Below are positions 38,109 to 48,885 of a stretch of DNA of 64,000 bases, piece after piece. Under the pieces are notes generated by a model, which saw only the letters and a program-made list of their open reading frames with translations, was not told where the DNA came from and made no database searches. The position numbers and the translations under genes were made by a program. Positions within the stretch are counted from its first letter, which is position 1. Each line of letters opens with the position of its first letter. Origin of the DNA: a virus; IMG/VR virus record IMGVR_UViG_3300029989_000006; one strand, 5' to 3'.

Positions 38109-39695
38109 TTAAAGAATTTGATTTATTAATTGTATTTCGTCTGGTAAAAGAATTCTATTCCAGATTGTAAATTTTGATAATAATCCAGATATTGTATATG
38201 ATAATGAATATCTGGAACCAATATACCAATTTTTTGTTCCAGATATTGGTGTACCTGCTGATTGATTTATATTTCCATATAAAATATTATTAATGTATAT
38301 GTTAGTAATACCCAGTGATGTTGACGTTATTAGAACAGTATATGTGGTATTATAATTTAAATTTCCTCCGATTGCACTCGTTATGTTATTATCTCTTGTA
38401 ACACTTAGTATACCACTAAAATATATATATAAACTCCCATTATCAAATATAACTCCATTTGAATGCATTCTAAATTTAAAAGCAATTGTTAAATCTCCAG
38501 ATAAATTATCAATTGGATTATATATAAGTCTAGCTGCTCCATTAAAATACATAGCACCAAGATTACTCTCTGGGGAGAGAATAAATGTAGTAGCAGAGTT
38601 GGTTGCTGTTAGGCTATTGGTCTTATCTACCCATGTGGCAGATGTGAGACCTTCTGCGTTTAAATTCAATACACATCCAGCTTGAATTAATGATGCATTA
38701 TCAATTGATAAATTAGAGACTCCAGACCAAACTGCATATGATAGCGAAGTCCCAACAGCTATAAATAAATCTATAAAAGTTCCATTTCCAGTATGCTGTG
38801 TATAACCCAATGAAGTATTAACTCCTACTGTACCACTTACGTAATTTATACAATCAAATTTATTAATATATCTTTTATCAATAGTCATCAATCCAGCTTG
38901 TTGTAATGTGTTTCCAGCAGTTGTATTAGCTGTCCCACCAGATATTGTCCAACCAACCCCTTTAGACCATATTGTATCTGTTGCGAAATCTCCATTAACT
39001 ACTAGATTAGCCCCAGTTGTTCCTATGATTCTGTCTATCCACTCAATGGGATACTCTGGCTTAGAGTAGTTTATAACTTGCTGAGATGTTAAAGCATAAT
39101 TAAATACTCTGAACATATAAATAGAACCTTTAAAGTAACCAGCCCAAAATCTTCCAATATTATAATCAGTAGCTGTAATATTTACACTTGTACTTAATGA
39201 AATTAATACATGATCTCTTAGTATACCATCCAAATAACAGTCAACATATGAGGATCTTGTAACTATGATTGAAAGTGAATGATTTACTCCAGAAATTATT
39301 GCAGAACTTGCATTAGGAAAATAAAGATTAATATATGTAGTTGGTGTACCTAACTCAAATGTTAACTGTTTATTATAAATCCATAAACCAATTCCATCAC
39401 TTCCAGTAGTTTGGCCAAATAAACCTTGATAAGATAATGCTGTTTTATCTGAAACATTAAAATTTATTATAATAGAAAAATCATTAACACCAAATGGTGG
39501 TAATGAAGATATAATTGATTTTGAGTTTACTCCATTACAATCTAATGCTCTCCTTCCATTACCTTTATTATCAAGAACTGGATAAACAGCAGTATTAGTG
39601 GGAATTGTTCCACTAACTAAATCTCTACCACCACTCCATTCATCTAGGGGTGTGTGAAAAATCATTCCTTTTTGTAGTTCTGCTATTTGTCTCAT
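38109..39695 (-). CDS. LamG/ConA-like tail or receptor-binding protein, paralogue 3
   Basis: Two LamG-like domains (YLDG...FRVFNYALT; YINN...IWNRIL) flanking a CBM-like NLVVNGDF module. Confidence 0.7.
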   Translation of the reverse strand: MRQIAELQKGMIFHTPLDEWSGGRDLVSGTIPTNTAVYPVLDNKGNGRRALDCNGVNSKSIISSLPPFGVNDFSIIINFNVSDKTALSYQGLFGQTTGSDGIGLWIYNKQLTFELGTPTTYINLYFPNASSAIISGVNHSLSIIVTRSSYVDCYLDGILRDHVLISLSTSVNITATDYNIGRFWAGYFKGSIYMFRVFNYALTSQQVINYSKPEYPIEWIDRIIGTTGANLVVNGDFATDTIWSKGVGWTISGGTANTTAGNTLQQAGLMTIDKRYINKFDCINYVSGTVGVNTSLGYTQHTGNGTFIDLFIAVGTSLSYAVWSGVSNLSIDNASLIQAGCVLNLNAEGLTSATWVDKTNSLTATNSATTFILSPESNLGAMYFNGAARLIYNPIDNLSGDLTIAFKFRMHSNGVIFDNGSLYIYFSGILSVTRDNNITSAIGGNLNYNTTYTVLITSTSLGITNIYINNILYGNINQSAGTPISGTKNWYIGSRYSLSYTISGLLSKFTIWNRILLPDEIQLINQIL

Positions 39696-41341
39696 TATTG
39701 ATTAAGTATTGTTGTTGCTAATTGTATTTCATCTGTTGAAAGTATTCTATTCCAAATAGTTGGTTTAGATTGTTTTCCAATATAATTTATTGTATTATAT
39801 TGTGATCCTCCAAAATACCATGATGTAACACTTAATGGAGTACCACAATTTGAGTTAGGAGTTCCTACTGATACACCATTAATATAAACGTTAGTTATTC
39901 CAGCAGATGTTGAAGTAATGATTAATATATATGTGGTATTGGGTTGTATTGTTGAAAAAGTAACCCATGTAGTAGCATCTCTCTTAACTTGTATTGCAGT
40001 TAATCCCGCGTATATACTTATACAAAATCCATTAGGTAAAGCCAAAACATATCCACTAGATAAATTTAGAATTGGAATAATTTTCATAGCAAATGTAATG
40101 TCCCCAGTTAATCCATTCATTCCAGTATAAGCAATATTTGCCAAACCATTAAAATTAAAGGCTCCTAAATTACTTGTAGTAGGCATCTGAAATAATGTGG
40201 CACTATTAGTAGCAGTCAATGTGTTGGTCTTATCAATCCATGTTCCAGAAGTTAATCCTTCAGAAGTGAGATCAAGAATTGAACCAACTTGAACACATGA
40301 AATATTATCAATTTGAATATTAAAATTATTTCTTCCATCAAATGCACAAAAACAAGTAGATAAATCAGAAAATCCTTTAGAATATATTCTAACAATACCA
40401 GTTCCAGATAATGTTTGTGCTCCTATATATGATAATCCTGTCCAAAATCCATTAAATAAGCAAGTTCCTGAGTTAACTTTATATTTAAATGATAGTTTAC
40501 ATATTTTTCCAGTATCACCAACTGTTTTATTAAATGTAATTCTTGGTCTTGTGGCACCAGTTCCTTGTGATGAAACCACTAATAATCCATCTTTAAGATC
40601 TGAGATTGGAGAATTTGTGTTAAGTGTCCAAGACGATGTTTCACCACCATCAGATAATAATGTTCCAATAATTCCACTTTCAAAATCTCCACCAGAAATT
40701 GTTTCAGTTAATACTACTCTATCAGCATATTCTATTGCATACTCTGGTTTTGAATAGTTAAGAATTTGTTGATATGATAAAGCATAATTAAAAATTCTAC
40801 ACATTGAGATAGTACCATCAAAATATCCACCAGTTCCAAATAATCTTGTTGATGCTACTGAATAGTCAAAAACATCAGAAAATGAACCACATGCAACATT
40901 GTTTATATAATATGTTCCAATTCCATTATTTCTTACATAAGATATAGCGTATTCTGTATTTGCTACTAATGCTACTATAGACTGAGTAACTTGTCCCACA
41001 CCAATCTTGCTTGACTGAATAAAGCCTGTAGATAGAATGTAAATTTGAAAAGCGTTACTTGCACCACCAATTATATTTCTTAACGACCCAATAGTATTTG
41101 TTTTTATCTTAACTGATACAGAAAAATCATTTGTACCAAAAGCTGGCATAGATGGTAGTGATACATATGAAGATGCACCATCTCCACTTAACCATCTTCT
41201 TCCATTTCCTTCATTATTAATAGTTGGATATGCAGCAGTAATAATACCAGTAGAACCTCCTACTAAATCACGAGCACCCATCCATTCATCAAATGGTGAG
41301 TGAAATATAAGTCCTCGTTGTAAATCTGATATTTGTCTCAT
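39695..41341 (-). CDS. LamG/ConA-like tail or receptor-binding protein, paralogue 2
   Basis: Same architecture and shared motifs (MRQ..L, DEW.G.RDLV.G, GNGRR, Y.KPEY.IE, W.DKTN.LTATNS). Confidence 0.7.
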   Translation of the reverse strand: MRQISDLQRGLIFHSPFDEWMGARDLVGGSTGIITAAYPTINNEGNGRRWLSGDGASSYVSLPSMPAFGTNDFSVSVKIKTNTIGSLRNIIGGASNAFQIYILSTGFIQSSKIGVGQVTQSIVALVANTEYAISYVRNNGIGTYYINNVACGSFSDVFDYSVASTRLFGTGGYFDGTISMCRIFNYALSYQQILNYSKPEYAIEYADRVVLTETISGGDFESGIIGTLLSDGGETSSWTLNTNSPISDLKDGLLVVSSQGTGATRPRITFNKTVGDTGKICKLSFKYKVNSGTCLFNGFWTGLSYIGAQTLSGTGIVRIYSKGFSDLSTCFCAFDGRNNFNIQIDNISCVQVGSILDLTSEGLTSGTWIDKTNTLTATNSATLFQMPTTSNLGAFNFNGLANIAYTGMNGLTGDITFAMKIIPILNLSSGYVLALPNGFCISIYAGLTAIQVKRDATTWVTFSTIQPNTTYILIITSTSAGITNVYINGVSVGTPNSNCGTPLSVTSWYFGGSQYNTINYIGKQSKPTIWNRILSTDEIQLATTILNQ

Positions 41342-41342
41342 A

Positions 41343-42941
41343 TTAGAAGGTTTGATTTATTAATGCAATTTGATCTGAAGATAAGATTGTATTCCAAATG
41401 GCAAGTTTATTCATTCTTCCATTGTAAAATCCATTTCCAGCTTGTTGTGCTATATTTAAAGTTGATCCACCATCTACTGGAGTACCAGCAGCTTGATTTG
41501 CAGTTCCACTTAGAACTCCATTAATATAAAAATTTGTTACACCATCAGACTTAGAAGTTATTAGAATAATATTTATGGTATTTAAATTAATACTATTATT
41601 TATTGAAGCAATGGTAGTTGAGCCAGCTCTACTAAATCCTAATCTCATAGTAGTTAGTATATTTATCCAACATTGAGTATTAGAAAATATATACCCAGTT
41701 GTAAGTATAGATATTGGATTAATTATAACTGCTATTGTAATATCTCCAACTAATCCATTCATTCCATTATATACAATTTTTCCAGTACTTCCATTAAAAT
41801 ATGTAGTACCTAAATTGCTAGAACTTGGTAAAATATATTGACATCCAGAATTAGTAGCAGTTAATGAATTAGTCTTATCTACCCAAGTAGATGTTCCCAT
41901 ACCTTCTGAATTTAAATCTAATACACACCCAACTTGAATTAACGATAAATTACTAAAATCTGCATCAGTAGCACTTCCAGATCTTTTTATTGCAAGTGTT
42001 GAAGAAGCAGTAATTATGTATGAATAGGTTCCTGGAATTGCTAATATAGGTATAGTACTAATTCCACCATCAATAGCTAATTGACCTAATCTGTTGGCCA
42101 ATAGTTGTATTGTTAACCTATATTTTTTATTAATTAACCAAATAGCATCTTTATATATCTCTGCAATTGCTCCAGATGTGTTTATATTACAAATACCTCC
42201 AGAAATTGTTACATTACCAAGCTTTGACCAAAAACCAGTGTCAGAAGAGAAATCTCTATCTGCTGAATTAGTAATTAATTCTGTTCCTATAGTACCTATA
42301 ATCCTATCAGCATATTCAATAGCATATTCAGGTTTAATGTAATTAACTATTTGAGTTGGAGTTAGTGCATAATTGAAAATCCTTAACATAGATATTGATC
42401 CTGCAAATCTATTATTAGTAGCATCACCAGAATTAATTCTATTAAAAGTAATTGCTGTACCGCCACTACCCATTGTGATTGTTTGGTGAAATATACCATC
42501 TATATATAATGAAATATTTCCTTTTCCATCTGCAACATAAGCAATAGTAACCCATGTGTTAATAATTGGAACATCAGAAAAATATCCATAAACGAGACTC
42601 TGATTTCTAAATGACCAGACATTTCCTACATAATTAATATTAATACCATCATTATGGACTGAACTTCCTACGAGAAAACTCCAGCCTAATTTACTTGGAT
42701 TAATTTTCAATATAATACTAAATGCGTCTGTGGCTGAAAACGTAATGCTTGGAAATGAGGTATAACTATAAATAGTATTGCTATAATCCAGCCACCTCCT
42801 CCCATTACCTTTATTATCTATTGTTGGATAAATAGTAGTAGGTGTACCTATCGCTCCACTAACAAGATCACGAGTTCCACTCCATTCGTCCAATGGTGCG
42901 TAGAAAATAAGATTTTTTTCTAATTCTGCTAATTGTCTCAT
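41343..42941 (-). CDS. LamG/ConA-like tail or receptor-binding protein, paralogue 1
   Basis: Start reassigned to MRQLAEL (ATG at 42941) by alignment with the two paralogues. Confidence 0.7.
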   Translation of the reverse strand: MRQLAELEKNLIFYAPLDEWSGTRDLVSGAIGTPTTIYPTIDNKGNGRRWLDYSNTIYSYTSFPSITFSATDAFSIILKINPSKLGWSFLVGSSVHNDGININYVGNVWSFRNQSLVYGYFSDVPIINTWVTIAYVADGKGNISLYIDGIFHQTITMGSGGTAITFNRINSGDATNNRFAGSISMLRIFNYALTPTQIVNYIKPEYAIEYADRIIGTIGTELITNSADRDFSSDTGFWSKLGNVTISGGICNINTSGAIAEIYKDAIWLINKKYRLTIQLLANRLGQLAIDGGISTIPILAIPGTYSYIITASSTLAIKRSGSATDADFSNLSLIQVGCVLDLNSEGMGTSTWVDKTNSLTATNSGCQYILPSSSNLGTTYFNGSTGKIVYNGMNGLVGDITIAVIINPISILTTGYIFSNTQCWINILTTMRLGFSRAGSTTIASINNSINLNTINIILITSKSDGVTNFYINGVLSGTANQAAGTPVDGGSTLNIAQQAGNGFYNGRMNKLAIWNTILSSDQIALINQTF

Positions 42942-42942
42942 G

Positions 42943-44031
42943 TTATGATTTTGATATGATTCTCCAAGCTGAAGTAACACTATTCCATGCGAATCCTACA
43001 TCTAATCTGACTCCTAGAACTGTAGTAGTAGGCAATGTTATCGTACCTGACGCTTCAAATTTTGCACCCCACGTAATTGCTCTTGCTGTACCATTATCAG
43101 TTATATCAAACCATAATTGATCTCCTTGTAATGGAGTACCAGTTAAATTAGTAGTCATTGATGTAATAGCCTGAGCTAATCCAGTAATATGTACTTGATC
43201 AGTAACATCAGTGTTAATAGTAGGAGTAGCTGACTGAGTTACTGCTGGAGCACGTTGAGTTATTCTTTTATTAGTAAGTGTTTGTACAACCGTTAATCCT
43301 GCAATAGTATCAGTAGCTGGAAAGGTTAATGTTGAAGCATCTACACCAGCAAATGTTAAGCTATTAGAAACATTCAATTTTTTTCCAGTTGCTACAATTA
43401 CTCCTTCATACCAGTAATTCCATGAAGCTATACCAGTACCTCCAGCTACATTTATACACGTAAATGTAGCTGTTGATCCAGCAGCCATAATTATTAACTG
43501 ATTACCACCAGAAGTGTTAACAGTTATAGCACCAGTTGAACTATTTGTAATCCAAAAAGATGCACCATTTCTTAAGGTAGTTACAACTGGTAAAACTAAT
43601 GTTTGAATAAGTGTGCCAGTAAAAAATTGTTGATATGCTGAAGATGAAGTTAACGTAGTTGTACCACTAGCTGTTGCTTGAGTAGTATAACCCTCTAAAA
43701 GATTAGTTACAGAAACTAATGGGTTATTAACACTACCTGCACCATCAGATAATGCTGTTACTTTAAATAAGTCAACACCACCTACAGTTATTATAACACC
43801 ATGCTCAGTTCCAGCAGGTGATAATGCATCTACTGGAATATCAATAAACCTATTAACGCCAGCATTTCTAACATGAAATAATGCATTAATGCCAACTGGT
43901 TGTCCAAATGTTGTAACATTATCTTTTGATAATTTAAATAAATTGGCAATATTTCCTGTATAATCTAAAGCAGTTTGCCATGTATCATTTGCATATGCAA
44001 CTATAGTTGCTAAAAGTACTTTAGGTCTCAT
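42943..44031 (-). CDS. Tail fibre-like beta-rich protein
   Basis: Thr/Gly-rich with QTLVLP, QTLTNKRI and TDNGTARAITW fibre-like motifs. Confidence 0.6.
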   Translation of the reverse strand: MRPKVLLATIVAYANDTWQTALDYTGNIANLFKLSKDNVTTFGQPVGINALFHVRNAGVNRFIDIPVDALSPAGTEHGVIITVGGVDLFKVTALSDGAGSVNNPLVSVTNLLEGYTTQATASGTTTLTSSSAYQQFFTGTLIQTLVLPVVTTLRNGASFWITNSSTGAITVNTSGGNQLIIMAAGSTATFTCINVAGGTGIASWNYWYEGVIVATGKKLNVSNSLTFAGVDASTLTFPATDTIAGLTVVQTLTNKRITQRAPAVTQSATPTINTDVTDQVHITGLAQAITSMTTNLTGTPLQGDQLWFDITDNGTARAITWGAKFEASGTITLPTTTVLGVRLDVGFAWNSVTSAWRIISKS

Positions 44032-44032
44032 A

Positions 44033-45097
44033 TTAAATAGATTTACGTCTTATTTTAACAATACCTGTATTTGTACTTGAACCATATACAACTTTAATTC
44101 TAAATGCGTTACAGTTCATATTATCGAAATCCCAAGCAAATGTTCCATTTGTTGTAACAAAACTTGTAACCATTACATTGTTTTTTACATCATATCCATA
44201 AGCTTGTACTCAATCAGCTCCAGCAAGATCTTCATCTTGTGTTATTTCTACAGTAATTGTTGCAGATGATGCATCAATTAATTTACCAGAAATTGACATA
44301 TCAACAAAACCATTCATTGATAAACCTGTTGATCCTGGATAATATACTGTACCTGCGCCTGTATTGGTTGCATCTACTCCTGATGTAAGTACAGAAAATG
44401 CAGAAGCTTTTATACTATCTGTTGGAATATCAAAACCTTTCTGTTGATAACATAAACCAATCTTATAACTAAGATCTGTTCCTAAAAAAACTGCTAAAGC
44501 AATTCCATTTTTTAAAACAGTAATCACATTGGCGGCAGCAGAAATTGAAATTCCTCCAACTCCATTTTCGTATAATGTCATTACATTAGAAGCATTTGTT
44601 ACTCCTAAAGATCTAATAGATACATTACTACCAAGAGTTATAGATGTTCCACCTACTGTAAATCCTGATGCTGTAAGAGTTGATGCAGTTGTATATACAA
44701 CAGAAAAATCTGTAGGACTCCAATGTGTTGCAGGTAAGTAACTGTGTGCATTTACCATTACATTTTGGGTTCCATTTGTATTATATGAAGGAGTAACACC
44801 ATTAGGATCTACTTGTTGTACTGTAATAACTTTAGTTCCAGTGGTTCTTGCTGTATTAGCATTACTTCACACACTTTGTCATAAATATGACAAATATTTA
44901 AGAATACCAATCTCAGTTGCAGGAGTAGTATCTGTTGATCCATTTTTATCATCAGTAGTACTTCCTAGTGCAATAATTTCACCTTCTACGACTTTAGCGA
45001 CATGTCTATTAACATAGGCATTACCAACAGCCTCAGTACAAGCTAACATACTTCCTATTAAATGGTTATCAATATCTGTTAAAAATTCTATAATCAT
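44033..45097 (-). CDS. Putative virion/fibre protein (354 aa); code 4
   Basis: Fragments 45097 and 44758 are in frame through TGA, with a second TGA at 44210 and TAA at 44033. Confidence 0.6.
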
Positions 45098-45183
45098 AAT
45101 TTTTTTATTTTTAAATTTTTTAAATGGTATATCTATATATTTTTAATAGTTATAAATAAGAATATTTTTAATATTTTTATTAA

Positions 45184-45231
45184 CAAAAATAAGTAAATTC
45201 TTTAAAATAAAATTCAATATTTTAAAAAATT
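45184..45231 (-). promoter_or_regulatory. Bacteroidota-type promoter (-7 TATTTTTG) with upstream imperfect inverted repeat
   Basis: TAnnTTTG at 45191-45184 in a 200-bp intergenic gap; 14-bp IR with one mismatch (45196-45209 / 45218-45231). Confidence 0.45.
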
Positions 45232-45297
45232 ATTAATAAATAAGTATATCTTAATTAGACTTTATTATTTTTAATCTTAAAATATGCATAAATTTAT

Positions 45298-46383
45298 TTA
45301 AACTACATAATAACATCTAGCACCAGTTGTTAATCCTGATCATTCTGATTCATCTTGTACTAATGGAATGAGATTATTATTATTATCTTTGGTTTCTGCT
45401 AAATGTTTTGCCAATCATACTTGATCTCCTATTTTTACTGTAGGATATTCCTTTCCATCATTACCAATATATGTGCCAGTATTTATTCCATTATCTTTTA
45501 TTAATCGAATTGATATACCATAATGTACATTTAAAGCACTGTCTGTATAAGCACTTGCATTTGAATAATAACCTAGTTGTGATACATATAATATAGTTGG
45601 ATCACCTATATTAAGTTCAGTACTAGTCCAAATTTGAACTTGGGATCCGTATGCAAATTGAGAACCATTACTTCCTCTACTTGGAGAAGGTAAGAGATTA
45701 AATTCAAAATCATTTGTTGCAGCCGTATTTGGAGTAAGTCAATGAGTAGTACCAACTTCTTTTAAATGTCCCCCAGCAATTAGTGCACCACCAACATTAG
45801 CTAATAATATATCCACATCAGTTCGAGTAGGTATATGTCATCCAGAATTTGCAATATTATTAATAGTTAATCCATTATATTGATATCCATATTCATCAAC
45901 AATATGTGGTACATACTCAGTAGTTGTAAATTGAGTAGTTGAAACTGTTGTAGATTGGGTTGTAGAAACAGTAGTAGATAATGTAGTAGATAATGTAGTT
46001 GAAATAGTAACTTGCGTTGTAGCTTGGGTAGTTATATTAGTAGTTGGTGCTAAAGTAGTTGGTAAAAGTGTAGTTTCTTCAGTAGTTTCTTCAGTAGTTA
46101 AAGATTCTGAAAAACAACCAGATTCATCTACATACTCCGCCTCATTTAAATAACATATATATCTAAAATCAATTCCATCTATTTGTAATTCAATATAATG
46201 TTTAAATGCTTCAAATCTGGTTTCATAATTAATTTGAACCATTGTAGATAATACATTACTCGATATTGTAGGATAATAAACTCCATTAACTGTAAAAGAA
46301 TCCTTACCATCATATGTTATTTTTATTGCATCACTTATTATATTAAAAGTAAGTGACCTTTTTTTACCTGTATATTTATACAT
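45298..46383 (-). CDS. Mucin-like Thr-rich protein with circularly permuted FISUMP (Fib_succ_major) domain (361 aa); code 4
   Basis: Thr-rich tract, then YGYQYNG...SG-W-HIPT...AGGHLKEVGTTH-W...GISIRLIKD...GNDGKEYPTVKIGDQV-W-LAKHL...E-W-SGLTTGARCYY. Confidence 0.8.
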
Positions 46384-46385
46384 AA

Positions 46386-47303
46386 TTAAAATATTAATTC
46401 CTTAAAATTCTTTTCAGTTTCTCTAATTTCTTTTACAAAATTGTATCCACAATTAGTATCAGATACTTTAATCTCTTGACCAAATGGACTTTTTACATTA
46501 AACTGTGCTTTATAAAAATGAATATCATCAACTTTTGTAATTCCTGCATTATGAAAAATATTTAATTTGTCTCATGAGGAAATCTCACTCGTTGCCCATG
46601 AAAAATCTAATTCTTTTACTACTTTAGTTTCATGACCAAAATATCATGCATTTCATAAAAATGCTCACATACTTGCAGTTCATTTTTGTATAGGATGTTT
46701 AGGATTATATATATTTGAAGTTTCATTCATTAATTTATAAAGATCCTCTGAATCATTATAACACTTATGTCAGTATTCTTCATTTGTTTTTTTAAGAATA
46801 TATTGTGCTCCACCAGTATTTTTATCATTCTTTTCCACTAAAGTAGGATCAATTTTAACAATCTCACACATTCTTTTAAATAATTCAGGACTTTTACTTT
46901 TTATATAAGGAGAATGAAGATAGGATTGTGTATTACTTAAATATCAAATTGCATCTCTATCATATTTTTCTAAATCCATCTTCTTTGTGAAAATAACATC
47001 AGGATCAGTATGAAAAATTGTTTCAGTTTCCATAATATTACTAATCCTACAAAATTTTTCAAATAAATGTGGACTTAAAGAAACAGCATAACCTCTTTTT
47101 TCTCTTTCATCTTTAAATACATAAAATTCAGATTTTAAATCTTTACTTCTAATAATTTTATTTAACTCTGGAGACACTTTATTAGTATATCCAAATAAAT
47201 AAACTACGTCTTGTTCAATTCCCATTTTGCGAAAATTATTAATTTGAACAAGTGTCTGTCATAAGTAATATTTTGTATCAGGAATTGTTAAGATAAATTT
47301 CAT
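46386..47303 (-). CDS. GT-A fold glycosyltransferase resembling peptidyl-serine galactosyl/hydroxyproline arabinosyltransferases (GT96/GT95-like) (305 aa); code 4
   Basis: YYL-W-Q near the N-terminus, HTDPDVIF (DxD), GGAQY, K-W-TASM-W-AFL-W-NA-W and IFHNAG; 8 TGA versus 1 TGG. Confidence 0.6.
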
Positions 47304-47915
47304 TTATGAACTATATAAATTAGACAAGTCAAATAATAACATAGATTTATCATTATAATATGGATATGCTTCTCTGCAATCTTCATTTATAAGATATATT
47401 GGTTTTAGCTTAAATGGAAGTACTGTTAAATTAATGGGATGTCATTGTCCATCTAAGATTGGATAATTAATCTGTTTAGAGGGAAAACTTGTTGCTAACA
47501 AATATTTACTTCCACTTTGTTGAATATTTTTTATGGCTTTAATAACATTTTGTTCACTTAAATGACCTAAACAATCTCTTACAAAAACTAAATCTGCAAT
47601 AGGTAATTGATCATTTATAATGTCTAAAGTTAAAAATTTTTTATTTGGGTATTTCCATCTATTTTGTAGTACAATATCTTCTACAATATCTGCCCCAGCA
47701 TAACTTATAGTATCTAAATCTAAATTCTTCATCCAATTAAAATCTCCACAAGGAATGTCTAATATAGATTTTATATCATATTTTAAGAATAAAAATGGTA
47801 ATTCCATTCTTAATTTTTTTGTTGCATCTAAACTACTTCCAGTTCCACTTCTACTTTCACTTCCACCCCATTCATTACTTTCAAAAATATTTTTAAATTT
47901 CTCTGATAATTCCAT
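47304..47915 (-). CDS. Class I SAM-dependent methyltransferase (203 aa); code 4
   Basis: SRSGTGS, SILDIPCGDFNW, YAGADIV and RDCLGHL; reads through TGA (DGQ-W-HPINL) to TAA at 47304. Confidence 0.85.
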
Positions 47916-47919
47916 TTTC

Positions 47920-48882
47920 TTATTTATTTAAGTCTAAAAACTCAATTAACATTTTTTTATAATCTCTTTTTCATTGGGGTTCTAATTGAATATCTCCAAC
48001 AATAATCTCTTTATTTAATCTCTGTTGTTCAATAAACTTTTGATGTTCTATTAATACATTTAACTTTGATTGACTAGACATATGATAATTACCATCCCCT
48101 CAATTATAAATTCAACTAACTTCTTCATTAATAGGATTAGCTCTTACTATATTTTTGGATTCTTTTAATATTTTAGAAGTAAAAGTCATATCATATCCAA
48201 AATTTTCTTTGGCATGTTTTCCAACTTTTTCTCAAATATTTTTACTATAAACTATTCCAGAATTACCTAACGAACATAATTTCTCAATTTGATGTTTCAT
48301 CATAAAGATTCCATTATTTCAATACATTAGATCAGTTCCTTCTATGAAATATTTATAAATATTATCTAAATGATTAGGTAAAGCTATATCATCATCATCT
48401 CATACTACAATTATTTCTCCAGAACACTGTTTTACTGCAAAATTCTCTTTATCCCCAATAGTATCAAAAGTTTTATTCATATTAAAAATTTTAATCTGTG
48501 GATGTTTAAAGAATAATTTTTGTTGTGGATAATCATTTACAATTATTAATTCTTTTGGCCCAATGTATTCTTGTTGTAAAAAAGATTGAATAGATTCTTC
48601 TAAAGATTCTACTCTACCATAAGTAATACATTTACATGAAATTAATGGTAAAGTATTATCTAATTCTTTAAATAATGATAAATTATCATTTTCAGTAAGT
48701 TCTAATTTTTTTATTCCATTTCCAAAAGAGTATTCTAATTCAAGATATTTAATTTGATTTGGCAATGGATCTCCAAATAGATAATTTCCAATTTTTATAT
48801 TTATACTATCTGTATAAATATGTTGGGTAAGAATGTCTTTAACATCCTTACCTCCATATTTTGCCTTTAATATCTTTAACAT
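47920..48882 (-). CDS. GT2 family glycosyltransferase with N-terminal SUEL/DUF3395-like lectin domain (320 aa); code 4
   Basis: ILKAKYG...FGDPLPNQIKYLELEY lectin-like module; ISCKCITYGR...SFLQQEY...ELIIVND...V-W-DDDD. Confidence 0.85.
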
Positions 48883-48885
48883 ATA

